A stretch of DNA of 64,000 bases from Lama guanicoe (taxonomy: Eukaryota), in assembly GCA_013239625.1 (NCBI GenBank), contig MU053594.1, positions 522,355-586,354 on the forward strand, in the 5' to 3' direction. This document shows positions 50,505-63,180 of this stretch, one piece after another. The stretch's first letter is position 1, and each line of letters opens with the position of its first letter. The notes beneath the pieces are model-generated. The model searched no databases. It worked only from the letters and a program-made list of their open reading frames with translations, and had not been told where the DNA came from. Made by a program: the position numbers and the translations under genes.

Positions 50505-50943
50505 TTTAAAATTTTATTTATTTATATTTTTATTGACATGTAGCTGATTCACAATGTTTTTGTTAACTTCTGATGTACCGCATAGTGATTCAGTTATACA
50601 TATATATATTCCTTTTCATATTCTTTTTCATTATAGGCTCTCACAATGTATTGAATATAGTTCCTTGTGCTGTACAGTAGGACCTTGTTGTTTATCTATT
50701 TTATATGTAGTAGCTGGTACCTGCAAATCCCAAACTCCCAATTTATCCTTCTTGACCCCCTTTCCCTCCTGGTAAACATAAGTTTGATTTCTGTGTCTGT
50801 GAGTCTGTCTCTTGTTTTGTAAATCAGTTCATTTGTGTCTTTTTTTTTTTTAAGATTCCGCATATAAGTGATATCATATGGTATTTTTCTTTCTCTTTCT
50901 GGCTTACTTCACTTAGTATGATGATTTCCAGGTCCATCCATCT
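50505..50943 (-). mobile_element. L1 3' end
   Basis: ttccttttcatattctttttcattatagg...ttctggcttacttcacttag...aggtccatcca. Confidence 0.88.
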
Positions 50944-51568
50944 TGATTGATAGACATTTGGTTTGTCTATATATCAGTTTGCAGGAACTTCCCTGCGTCT
51001 CTCTCTGTGTGTGCTTATATAATATGAACACGTGTGTCTCTAAGAAGAGCTATATCAGAGTGGATGTGCTATTTTAGGTCAAACAACATTAACTGACTTT
51101 GTATGAGGTAGACAATACAGAGAAGTGGTTAAGAGCATTAACTCTGGGGGACAAACAGACACGATTTCATTGCTTTCCCAACACTTCATTGGCTCTGAGA
51201 CTCAGTGGATTCTTAATGTCTTTAAGCTTTAGTTGTCTCATCTGTACAGTGATGGTGACACTGTCTCTATCAACCTCCAAAGGGTGTGTGAAGATGCAAC
51301 AAGATAACGTATGTAAATGCTTAGCACAATGTTGGCACATGGCAAAATACTCAGTTAACTTAGGATGTTATTATAATGCGTGAAGGCATCTGTTCTTATG
51401 GGATGCTGTTTTGGTTTGTATCATTGTGCATGAATCTGAATGTGAAAATCTGAGTATATACTTCTGGTGTATTTTACTCTCATTGCTACTGTTTAACACA
51501 GACACTCACAGACACGCTACAGCATGTCTTAAGGACAGGGAGACCTTAAGAGTAAGGAGACTGGAATC

Positions 51569-52845
51569 TGAAATCATTCCTTTTTTTTTTAACATTTTTT
51601 ATTAATTTATAATCATTTTACAATGTTGTGTCAAATTCCAGTGTTCAGCACAATTTTTCAGTCATTCATGGACATATACACACTCATTGTCACATTTTTT
51701 TTCTCTGTGATTTATCATAACATTTTGTGTATATTTCCCTGTGCTATACAGTGTAATTTTGTTTATCTATTCTACAATTTTGAAATCCCAGTCTATCCCT
51801 TCCCACCCTCTACCTCCCTGGTAACCACAAGTCTGTATTCTCTGTCCATGAGTCTTTAGATTCCACATATGAGCGATCTCATATGGTATTTTTCTTTCTC
51901 TTTCTGGCTTACTTCACTTAGAATGACATTCTCTAGGAGCATCCATGTTGCTGCAAATGGCGTTATGTTGTCGGTTTAAATCATTCCTTTTTTATATAGA
52001 TTATATTCCATTTATAATTATTATAAAATATTGGCTATATTTCCTGTGCCATACAATATATCCTTGTAGCTTATTTATTTTCTACATAGACGTTTGTACC
52101 TCTTAATCTCCTACTTCTATCTTGCCCTTCCCACCTTCCTTCCCCTACTGGTAACCACCAGTTTGTTCTCCATATCTGAGTCTATTTCTGTTTTGTTATA
52201 GGCACTGTTTATTTTATTTTTTAGATTCCACATATGAGTGATAACATGCAGTATTTGTCTTTCTCTGTCTGACTTATTTCACTAAGCGTAATACCCTCCA
52301 GGTCATCAATGTTATTGCAAATGGTAGAATTTCATTCTTTTTTATGGCCGAGTAGTATTCCATTATATATGTGCAAAACTTGTGTGTATGTGTGTATGTG
52401 CGTATGTATATATACACACACACACACACACGCCACTTTTCTTTATCCATTCATCTGTCGATAGACATTTAGGTTGCTTCTATATCTTTACAACTGTAAA
52501 TAATGCTGCTGTGAACACTTGGGTGCATGTATCTTTTCGAACTGGCATTTTCATTTTCTTCTGATACATATTCAGAAGTGAAGTTGCTAGATCATATGGG
52601 AGTTCTGTTTTTAGTTTTTTGAGGAATCTCCATACTGCTTTCCACAGTGGCTACAAAATTTACATTCCTAGTAACAGTGTAGGAGGGTTCCCTTTACACC
52701 CTCGCCAACATTTGTTACTTGTGGTCTTTTCAATGATAACCGTTCTCATGGGTATGAGGTGATATCCCGTGGTGGTTTTGATTTGCATTTCTCTGATGGT
52801 TAGTGATGTTGAGCATCTTTTCATGTGCCTGTTGGCCATCTGTAT
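51569..52845 (-). mobile_element. L1 with a younger L1 3' end nested at 51581-51977
   Basis: Outer TSD GAGACTGGAATC (51557-51568 and 52846-52857); inner TSD AAATCATTCC (51571-51580 and 51978-51987). Confidence 0.88.
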
Positions 52846-53664
52846 GAGACTGGAATCCTTCTAAATCCAGGGTCAGAAGAGCTTGGGAGCACTTAAGTTG
52901 GAGGAGGGGGTTGGCCTCAGAAGTAAACGGGCTCAGCAGGGAAGAAAGTTGAGACTCCATGTGTGTTTTCCCCAAAGGGCAGGATGAAGATCAATAGGTG
53001 AAAGCTGTTTTGATTTCGACTAGAGAAAGGTGGAGCTCTGACATCCAAGCTGCCCGGGGGATGCCTTCGCCCTGAGGAAGCGCTCACGCAGTGGCTGGCT
53101 GGGCAGCTGTCCTCGCTCAGCCTCTTTCCCCCTGCCTGGGGTCCAAGCTAGGGATCGCCTTTCTGTGCTCCGTGAGAAAGTGCAAAAGCCTGCATGTGTA
53201 TATTTCCTCAACTGAAGCTCCAACTTCGATTTCTAGGCAGCACAACATTTGTTTTTTTTAAAAAAACCCAGCCAGCTCAGAGGTGACAAGGGTGACAGGC
53301 TACAATTATCACCTGTTCCTCAGCACCTAGTGTATTGAGACAAAGGTAGTGACAGCTCTGAACTCGCTCTGTGTGGGGAGCTGAAGCCCCCAACCTCTGC
53401 TCAGAACATTTGACACAGACAGACAGCTGTGGGACCGGCGTGGGGGTGGGGCTGGGGGTGGAGGGGGCTGTCACCTCCTCCCCTGCTCTTTATGCTGTGG
53501 GTGTGGGCTGAGGGGCCGTCCACGTGATTCCCTTTTGGGACAAGTTTTAATAATACTCAGCTAGCCTTTACCTAAGCATCTCTTCAGGGTGCCAAACTTT
53601 ACCAAAATAACTAGAAAAGTGTATGGAGATGAACTGACCTTTATAATGGGGCAGGATGGAGGCG

Positions 53665-53683
53665 TGACCTCCAGAGGGCGCCA
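53665..53683 (+). promoter_or_regulatory. CTCF motif candidate
   Basis: TGACCTCCAGAGGGCGCCA versus consensus TGRCCASYAGRKGGCRSYA, one core mismatch. Confidence 0.5.
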
Positions 53684-54365
53684 GAGTGATTCAATGTTAA
53701 GTAGCTGCTAAAGAAGTCCAGCGGAGTCGTACAAAGACGTAGGGCTTTCCTGCCACCAAGAACCAGGTTAAAAACCTGATTCTGCTTCTTATTTGATATG
53801 TGATCTTGGGCAACTTATTTAACCTCTTAGAACCTCAGCTTCCTCTGCAAAATGGGGACAGCTATATCTATCTTGAAGGGTTGTGATGAAGACTTAGTGA
53901 GACAAAGTAAGATTAAATGAGTAACACTGACAAGGTGGGGGTGGGCAAGAATTATTGCTTGAGCCCACAGTCTGCACATTGAATTGACCCTGTCTGCTCA
54001 TAGGTGTTCAGCCACTTTTCATGTGTACATGGTGTTCTTAACACACATAAAATGCAAATTCAGGAAAAAGGATCCCAGAATTCCTGGTAGACTTTGTGAT
54101 GATGTTTTCTTCAATCAACAGACACAAAGTGCCAGCACTCTCATGCTGGAGTTCTGTGGACGTGTTTGCTGTGAGATGAGAGTCCTCAGAGGCCCTCGGG
54201 AAGGTGGTGAACCACCCACATAATGCATGTAAAGCACTTAATCTCCCCCTCCCCTGCCCCCGCCCCCAAGCCCAGAGAAGGAGGGCCCTTCTGACCTGGG
54301 TACGGCTCTGATCTCTCTCCTCCATGGCTCCCAGGTTACAGAGAATGTACCACAGGCCTACAGGA

Positions 54366-54427
54366 GCTCCAGTGGTGCAATCGGTTAGCGCGCGGTACTT
54401 ATATGGCAGTGCCAGAAGGGTGATGCC
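54366..54427 (+). pseudogene. 3'-truncated copy of unspliced pre-tRNA-Ile (anticodon TAT)
   Basis: GCTCCAGTGGTGCAATCGGTTAGCGCGCGGTACTTATA matches the vertebrate tRNA-Ile-TAT 5' exon with one C>T. It is followed by a 19-nt intron-like segment (54404-54422) and ATGCC, the start of the 3' exon. No T-arm, B-box or 3' acceptor strand. Confidence 0.88.
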
Positions 54428-55024
54428 TACTGACAAGCCTCCAGCAGGCTTGACTGAGCTCCTTGAAAAGTCTGGCATCGGTTCCCCCTTCTGTTTCTAC
54501 AATCTGGCTCCAAATAAAGGGAATCACTGGGGAGGACTTCAAGTTCATCAGAATAAGGGTTGTCATTCGACCTCCTCCTTCTTCTTTTACTTTTTTTTTT
54601 TTAATTGAAGGATCATCAGTTACATTATGTCAATTTCTGGTGTAGAGCATAGTGTCCCAGTCATATGATCTCCCTCTGTGGTCAGTGTTCTCCTCAACTG
54701 CCCTCTAGCACTGGAGTGAGGAGCAGAGGCTCAGAGGCTCGTAGCTGGAAGATGTGCCCTTCAGGCACTAATCCTTAGAGAAAACTCCCTTGCTCCCTCC
54801 TACCTTCACCACCTGGGAAACACCTGCAGTTCAGCTGTCTTGGCCTCTAGGAAGGGACCCTAGAGTTCATGATGTCAGGCCCCACCACCCACTAACCAGA
54901 AGGACCTGGTGCCCAAAGAGGCCTGAACCGTGGCCACCCCCACTGCCCCTTCCTAATTCTAGTAGCCACCCCCATGCCTATGTCATGGCCCTATCTGTGC
55001 ACATGTCACAGCTGGTGTTGTAGC

Positions 55025-55190
55025 CTCTTGCTCCTCAAAGAGTGCTCTCTGGATCAGCAACATCCCCTCATCTGAGCACTTGTTAGAAATGCAAAATCTT
55101 AGCCCTTCCCCCTCCCCAGACCAACTGAATTAGTGTCTGCAAATTAACAAGCTCCCCGGGTGATATGTACGCCCATTAAAGTCTGAGGAT
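55025..55190. mobile_element. MER5A-like MITE
   Basis: ctcaaagagtg...cttgttagaaatgcaaaatctt...taacaagctccccgggtgat...taaagtctgag. Confidence 0.75.
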
Positions 55191-56479
55191 CACACATGTA
55201 GTTCACCTCTGGGCTCCTCTCCCTGCCCAACTGCTTTATGGCAAGGACCACTCTGAGGATTACTTCTGGCTACTCAGCACCAGGGACAGAGGACATGGGA
55301 CAGAACGGTGGTCAAGGCATCTCCGCCAGAAGTCAGAGTGAGCCAGCTAGCATCTTTGAGGGCTGTGTGCCAGACATGTGATAGGCATGATCTGATCCTA
55401 CCCTTGCACCCGCTCTGCAAGGCAGGATGTCCCCCACACATGGGGGAGCAAACTGAGAATTGAAGAGGCTTGAATCTAGCTCAGCCTTCCAGAGCTAATG
55501 AGAAGACTGGGAGCCAGTTAGACAAGGGGAGAAAGGGAATTCCAGGCACAGGAACAGCCTGTATAGAAGCACACAGATGGGAACAGCACCATCGGCATCA
55601 TTGTGAAGAAACCCTATGCACACGGTACTGGGCTGCGTATTCATTCTTTCATTCATTCATTCGTCCTCTCCATGGCTACTTACCGAGTACCCACTCAGTC
55701 ATGCTCTGTGCTGGGCAAGGTAGTTACAGTGTGGAAGAACACAGACGTGGTCTCTGCTCTTGAGAAGCTGTCTTTCTTCTGGGGAAGAATCATTCACTAA
55801 GAATGATTTAATTATAATTGAAATAAGACCCCCAAAGCACCAGCTTTGTGCTTAACCAGCTTAGTTTTGGAGGAGTGAATACTGTGTACAGTCTTTCAAA
55901 GGAAAGACATCTCTTCCTTGAGGGCTCCCAGATTTTTCAGGGCTCCCAGGGCAGTTTTGCCCATAAGCAGAAATCATGGGTTTGTGCACAGCGCCTGGCA
56001 CAAAGGATTCTGGACAAAGGGAGAAGCATGAATTTGCCCTGCTAAAGACGGGGGCCAGAGCACAGAACTCTCCTTGGGTCTCTGCATGGAGGGGTTGGTG
56101 CTGAACATGACTTTGGTTTTCCTAAGATCAGAGGCCCTGGTAGGTTGGAGTTTCATGTGTTTCCACTGTCAGGTGTGCTTATGAGGAAGTTCCAGACAAA
56201 GGCAGCATCAAAGTGTGCCCTGACCGTCCTTTCTCCCCCTGACAAAGGCTGCTGCTCCCACTCAGACACAGCTGTGGTTCATCCCTGGGTATTTCAATTT
56301 TATGGTTGTGCTTTGATTTGTGGGCTCTGATTTTCTCACTTGGGTTTGCTGTTTCTGGCAGCCCTGGTCCCAGCAAATGACCTTGGCACATAGGGCAGCT
56401 GCAGTGACCAGCCAGGGTCCCCAGGGAGACTGCATTGCTGTGCAGGCATCAGGAACACGGGAGTTTCCATATGGGTCTG

Positions 56480-56990
56480 TTTCAGTTGTGTGTTTCTGCG
56501 TAACAAATCACCCCAAAACTATCATAACCAGTTGTGGCTTAAAGGAACAATGATGTAATTTCTCACAGTTCTGTGGGTAGACGGTTCAGCTGGGAGGTTC
56601 TTCTCTACTTTACAAGGTGTAGCTGAGATCACTCATGAGGCTGCATTCAGCTGGGAGCTGGATAGGGAATGGGACACCCAAGATGATGTGCTGTCCTTCA
56701 TCCCAGTGGCCTCTCATCATTCAGTAATTTACTCCAAGGTTCTCTACAACATGGCAGGCAATTTCCAAGAGGGAACATTCCAAGAAGACAAGCCCCAGTG
56801 TGCAAGGACTAATCCAGCCTCCGTTTGTGTCATGCTTGCTAATGTCCCACTGTCCAGAGCAAGTCACATGGCCATGACCAGAGTCACTGTGGGAAGAAGA
56901 GTGCTGGGGATTACACAAGGGTGTAACTACCAGGAAATGTGGGGACCACCACTGTAGCAGACTAACATGTGGCCTTTGGAAGTGCCGCTG
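56480..56990 (-). mobile_element. MLT1-type LTR
   Basis: ctgcgtaacaaatcaccccaaaac...tctcacagttctgtggg...gcaagtcacatggcca. Confidence 0.75.
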
Positions 56991-58099
56991 CCAGTACATG
57001 CTCGGGAAAGCAATACACGGCTTGATTAGCCAAGTCCAGAAGGTGGAAAAGCAGCCCTTGGTGGTGCATGTGGCTTTAATGTATTTATTTCATTCAATCA
57101 GCATTTACTAAGTAGTAAGTCACCCAGACTAGCCCCAGGCACTGCACCACATGCTGGGTGTACCAAGATGACCACGGAGCTCACAGATCGTTGGCTACAG
57201 ACAGACAAGTAGGCAATACTCCTGCATGTGGGATCTGTACTGGGACTGAGTTTTACCTTGGATCCTACAGAGTCAAAGAAGAGAGGGATTTAAATCAGAC
57301 TGAGGGTCAGAGAAGGCTTCCCTAGGGAAGCGGCACTTGAGCTGAGTTTCAGGGCAACAGTAGGGGTTGTCCAGGTGGATCTGTAGTTGGGTATTCCAAA
57401 CACAGTGTGTGTGAGGACCCAGGGATGAGGAATGCCTTGAAACTACCAGAAGATCGGATGTAGTTCCTCGTTCTACGCATTCAGAGGAAGAAATTGTGTG
57501 GGAAGTCAGCCCAGAAAGCCTAGAGCATGAAGGTTCTTGTACTTTTTCATGCCCCAGTCCTTTGAAACCAAGGGAGAACATTAGAAAGGCATCTTCTTTT
57601 CAGATAATGGCATTAAAATTGTTTTCTCTAATAATCACGTTTACTTGTGTAGAATATAATACTAACGGGAAAACATTGTTCTGGCCGCCACCCACAGAAT
57701 GAGGAGGCTGGCACCAAAATGTAGTTATGATTTGATGGCAGCCTGAACTGAGTCAAAGGCAAGTGGAAAGTGGAAGAAGGGAGACAGGAGAGCTGCTTGG
57801 GGAGTTATAAATGTGAGATTTGGTGCAGTGGGAATACGAGGGCTAAAAAGGGGGTGACAAGAAAATGCCATCTCCTGCACATCCCCCTATTCATCCACCT
57901 ATCTCCAGGGGGCACAGAAAGTCTAGTGCTGACCAAGGAAGTTGCTCAGTAGGCTGGGTGCCCTGATAGGACATGTCTCTGGAAGCAGGGGCTCCTAGGA
58001 GGGGACAGGGCTGATCTATATTAATATACTGTGCACCTCGTAGGCAGTCCACAAGTAGATGAGCAGTGTGCATATCTGAGTGAGGAACAGCCGGGGCTT

Positions 58100-58330
58100 C
58101 CAAGTATCCTGAGTAGAATGGCTGGGATTCAATCCTGGCTTGAGTGCTGCGGAATTTCTAGCTCTGTGATTCTGGATAAGTTACCTAAACTCTCTGTGCC
58201 TTGGTTTCTTCACCATTGGAAAGGATAATTTACAGGGTTATTGTGAGGATTACATGGGATGATGCTTGTAAAGTCTTAGAAGACTGTTGGGACATGGAAA
58301 CCACTTGATAAATGTAAGATATAAAAATTA
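58100..58330 (+). mobile_element. MIR SINE
   Basis: ctagctctgtgattctggataagttacctaaactctctgtgccttggtttc...gttattgtgaggatta. Confidence 0.8.
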
Positions 58331-58339
58331 TTAAAACAG

Positions 58340-59625
58340 GTTTTGTCAGCTCCAGGACACCCTGGACCCAGGAGCCAGAGATCCTGGGACCCAGCTCTGT
58401 CCATCAGTAGCCCTAGGATACCTGGGCCTTGGCCCCACCCACTAGTTATCTGACACCAGCTCTGGGACACCTGGCTCTGCAGCCAGAGACCCCAGAACCT
58501 GGCTCTACCTGCCAGTGGGCCTGCACTAGCCCGAGGACCTGGCTGCACCCACTGCTAAGCAGGCATCAGCCCCAGCATCCCCTGGACCCCCACCTCTCTC
58601 ACCTGCAGGTGGACACCAGCCTAAGGATTTCAGCAACACTAAACCAGCTTTACGGGAAATGCTAAAGGACTTCTCTAAGGGGGAAAATCAAAGGCCACAA
58701 CGAGAAATATGAAAATTATAAAAGGAAAAGCTCATTGGTAAAGCAAAACAGCAGTTAAGGCAGTAAATCAACCATGCACAAAGCTAGCAGGAAGGTTAAA
58801 TGACAAAAGTAGTAAAAATCATGTATCTCTACCGCAAGCAGTTAAGGGATACACAAAACAAAAAGGTGTAAAATGTAACACCAAAAGCAGTAGTGGGGGG
58901 AGGGTACAGCTCAGTGGTAGAGTGCAATGCTTAGCATGCACGAGGTCCTGGGTTCAATACTGGGTACCTCCATTAATAAACAAACAAATGAATGAATGAA
59001 TGAATGAATAAGTAAGTAAATAAATAGATAAATAAATAAACCAAGTTACCTCTCCCCCTCAAAAAAAATTTAAAAAAAAATTTAAAAAGCAGTAATCGTG
59101 GAGGGGGAGGGGAATAAAAACGTCGGGTTGTTAAAATGCATTTGAAATGAAGAGATAAGCAACTTAAAATAATTGTGTATATGTAGAGTGTTATATATAA
59201 ACCTCATGACAATCACAAACCAAAAATCTATAATAGATGCGCACACAAAAAAGGAAGAATCCAAACATAACACTGAAGATAGTCATCAAATCATAAGGAA
59301 AGAGAACAAAAGAATAAAAGAATTTAAAAAAGAGCTAGAAATTTACCCCCAGACAATCACCAAAATAGCAGGGAGTTATCAATAATTACTATCAGTAATT
59401 ACTTTAAGTGTAAATGGACTAAATGCTCCGATCAAAACACATAGAGTGGCGGATGCATATGAGGTCAGATACAAAACAAGATCCACATGTATGCTGCCCA
59501 TAAGAGACTCACTTCAGATCTAAAGACGCACACAGAAGGGAAGTGAGGGGATGGCAAAGGTATTTTGTGCAAATAAAAATGGAAAGAAAGCCAGGGCAGC
59601 AATACTAATATCAGACAAAATAGTT
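58340..59625 (+). mobile_element. L1 5' region, ORF1 end and ORF2 endonuclease start (degraded)
   Basis: Near 59395 translates ITLSVNGLNAPIKTHRVA, resembling L1 ORF2 ITLNVNGLNAPIKRHR; C-rich 5'-UTR-like repeats upstream. Confidence 0.8.
58895..59084 (+). mobile_element. Vic-1-like SINE inserted into L1
   Basis: ggggagggtacagctcagtggtagag...; TSD aaaagcagtagt / aaaagcagtaat. Confidence 0.88.
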
Positions 59626-59629
59626 ACCA

Positions 59630-61500
59630 TTTATTAACCATGATGAATGTGTTAATGGACTTCCTAATACTGAGTCTCCCTTGCATTACTGGAAAAAGCC
59701 TTACTTGAACTTGGTGGGTCATTTTATTCAGGATTTTTGCAGATATTTATAAAGATGTCGGTTGACAGTTGGGTTTTGGAATTAGTGTTGTGCTTGCTTT
59801 ATTCAAAACAGTTTAGAAGTATTCCTTTTTTCCTATGCTCTAAAAAACTTGAAGAGCTTTTAGAAACCACTATTTTCTTTTCCTTCTTTTAAAAATGGAT
59901 GTAGAAAATCACCTTGTAAAGATTTCTTGCTTGGTTGTTTTATGGAGAGAAATTTTGCCAACATTTTCTATTTAGTCTTTTGTAATTGGTCTGTTTAGAT
60001 GTTTTATCTTTTATAGAGTCGGTTTAGAAAATTTTTTCAACTTATGCAATTATTTATTCCCTTGAAATTTTCAAATGTGTTCATGTAGAGTCGAGTAAAA
60101 TGTTTTAATTTCCTTTATGTCTGTGGTTCCTCCTCTCCATATGCCTTCTTTGGTTTTGTTTTCTATCTTTCATTAATTAGATCACTTCTTTACTTATTTA
60201 TTTTCTTAAAAGTCAGCTCTTGGGTTTATTTTAACATTTCCCTTTTTAAATTAATGTATTTATTTGTGCTCTTAGCTATTAAATCCTTCCTTCTGCTTTC
60301 CTAAGGGTTGTTTTTAAAATTTTTATAGCTTCTGGAATTGAACGTTCAACCCATTTATTTTATATACCCTTGATTATTGTTAGTATTTAATTAAATACAT
60401 TTCCTTCTTGATACTGGTTTAGCTGTATTTCATAGGATTTATATATATATTGTCTCAATTATCATGTCCTAACTATTCTGCCATATTTATTTGCCTTTCT
60501 TTTTTGACTTGAATTGTTTCTAAGAGACTTAGAAATGTTTTCCTGTGGTAAGAATTTTTTCATTTTGATTTTACTTTTCATTTCTAATGTTATCACAGTA
60601 TGACCACAGAATGAATTCTGTACTTTTTTGCATTGGTGCCCATTGGTGTGGTCATAGAGTTGAATTAAAACTTTTCCTACTGGTGCATTTTATGTGTGTC
60701 TCCTTGTATTTTTGCTTTGTAAATACTGGCGTTATGCTGTTCGTGCATAGGTGGTCATAACTATTTGTATGTCACTGTGAGCTGTGTTGTTTAGCATTAT
60801 AAAGTGTCACTCTTTGTCTCAGTGAGTGCTTTCACTCAAATTCATCCCATCTGATATTTCAATCACGATCCACTTTGTTTTTTCTCTACACGTACTTGGT
60901 GTACCATTTGTCTACCCTTTATTTTCAGCCTGTTAAATCCTTTTGTTTTAGGTGGCTTTTATGTGCAGTGGAGTTGGTTTTGCTTTCTGATACAATCTGA
61001 AATCTTTTTCTTTGAATAAGTTAGTCGAGCTCGTTAGCATGGATTTATAGGACATACATGCTTGGTCTTCGTTTTGTAGTTGTTTTATGTTTTCTGGTTT
61101 TTTATTTAAGAAGCACCATCCTTGTGGACTTTTCCCCTCCTTTTTTCTTGTGTGTGTCACTTGGAGGGTTTGTATTTTCCTGGCAGTTACTTTCATAGCT
61201 ATGACTTCACAGAATGTGCTTAATCTCCTATTTCTTTAGACAGTCTATTAATTATATAATACCTTCAATTCTCTATTTCTTTAGATAATAGGTAGTAATT
61301 TCTTTCATATCTTTCTTCAGCGCTTTTGCTTCACTGAGATAATCGCCTCATTACTTTCTTTTCAAAAAATCATGGTGAAATATTTAGTCACAATTTGCTC
61401 AGCTCTGTGAAAACATTCTCCTGTTGACTCTTCTTCATCTACTATTTATTTTTTCTATTTCTTTCTTCCTTTACTCTTGCCTTTTGTGTATAGACCTTGT
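59630..61500 (-). mobile_element. Old degraded L1
   Basis: T-rich antisense L1 motifs (ccttgcattactggaa, ggatttttgc). Confidence 0.7.
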
Positions 61501-62799
61501 ACTGGTTCCTTTTCAAATACTTTTGATGGAGGAGAGTTTTTCCCCAAAACACCTGTTTGAGGTTGAATGGTGTGTGGGGAGGGCGCCCCTGCGTTCCGGG
61601 TGACCAGGATTTCTCATCAGGACTCAGGGGTTTGGATGTGCTTGGCCGGGGCTTTACAGCTCCCCAGCCAGGGAGGACAGGCAGCTTCGGGGTAACTCAC
61701 AGGGAGAAGCCCCTTCCTCCCCACTGTCAAACGGTGCACCCTTTCTCACAGCTGTGGCTTGTTTGTGTGACACCTGGTCATGCCCCGCCTTCTCTGCTTC
61801 AGGAGCTGGGTCCAGGGACTCTCCTGGCACCACCGCCTGTACTCCGTTCCTGCTTCTGAAATGATGGGGTTTAGGTCTCACATCTCCAGGGGGGCGTCGC
61901 ACCTCCAGGGATGAACTTTGAAAGTTCTTTCCGAGCTCTGCTGCTGGGACTTCTCTGTCCACTTCTTCCGTCTGGATCCTCACTGCGGGACGACACGTCC
62001 ATCCATCTGTGGTTCCAAGACTCAGCTCTGTTCTACTTTGTGAAGATGGAGGTTTGTGTTCCTGCCTCTCTTTTGCCTCGTTGCTTTGAGGTGACCTCTG
62101 AGAGGAGAAGGGAGAAATGCCAGCTTTATGTCCCACTAGTCACAGTGGGAGGTGACTGTCCTAGCTGGCATTAACGTTACAACTCTGTTGCTGGGGAATG
62201 AGCCACAGTAACGGGTGGCCCTGCCAGCTGTTGGGTGAGTCTTGAGGCACAGAGGAGACCAGGTGGGGATGAAGATGGTCTTACTCACAAGGGGGCCCTC
62301 AGCTCCTGACAGTGACCCATGGGGCAGCTCTGTGCCGTGAGGCCCTAAAATCCCCTCTGCACGGCAGTGGCTCCATAACCTTAAACATGTTCGGTGCACA
62401 GAGGAGCAAGAGTGTTCATCTTGCATTTACAGATGGAGCAGCCAAGGGTTAGAGAGGAAAAGAACGTCTCAGCAAATGAACCTTCTGGCTTCCAGCCATG
62501 AGCTCGCTCTCCTCTTGAACGTTCTGTCTCATAAACCATCCTAGGGGCCTTGGTCTTAAGCATGGGCTCCCAGGAGGAGAACACTTGCAGGGCCCTTCTG
62601 CACTCTCAGCCTCGGGGCCCGACACACCTGCCCCTGCATGTGGACTTTTTCCTCCAACTCCATGTCCATCCCGGCCAGTCACTGTCCTCTTACGCATCCA
62701 TCAGATGTCAGCCCTCCTTGACCCTTCCTTCCCCGTCCTCTCTTGCCCTGTGGGTCTAATTAGGCCCCCTGGCCATGAGGTTCCTTTGTACCTCTTACT

Positions 62800-63180
62800 T
62801 GTCCCATTGTTTTGAAAGGTTCTATGCTTGTTCCTTCACCCTCTCTCTTTCATATGCTTAGAACCCTCTTTCCCTTTGTTTCCCATTGTGGATTCCCTCA
62901 TCTTACTTCGGTTTTTGCTCAAAAGTCATCTGCTCAGAGAGGCTGTCCCTGTCTCCCCTGTACAAAATAGCACCCCCCTCTTAATTACCCTCTAACCAGC
63001 TTGCTTTCATTCATAGCAATTTATTTTATTTTATTTATAGATGTTTTATTTGTTAATTGTCTATATTCCTCATCTGAGAACAAGTTTCATCAGAGCAAGA
63101 ATTTTATTTTTTCACATGTGGTGCTGTGTTTTCAGAAACTAGAAAAGTAATGGTACATAACAGACATGACATAAATATTA
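62800..63180 (+). mobile_element. L2 3' fragment
   Basis: ctcaaaagtcatctgctcagagaggctgtccctg...aagtttcatcagagcaag. Confidence 0.7.

Noticed and set aside
53020..53235. EIEVGASVEE as the iGluR IHIGAIFEE start
   Set aside because: Short match with no continuing similarity; 50298-50450 fits the second exon better.
54040..54144. MRVLALCVC*LKKTSSQSLPG as the signal-peptide exon of the iGluR fossil
   Set aside because: Position and strand fit, but there is no clear donor and no diagnostic motif. Left unassigned.
276..62815. The many 60-240 aa ORFs in the supplied track as real genes
   Set aside because: They are short, overlap on both strands, often lie in repeats or microsatellites, and show no recognisable intact protein. 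A few coincide with pseudo-exon fragments only.
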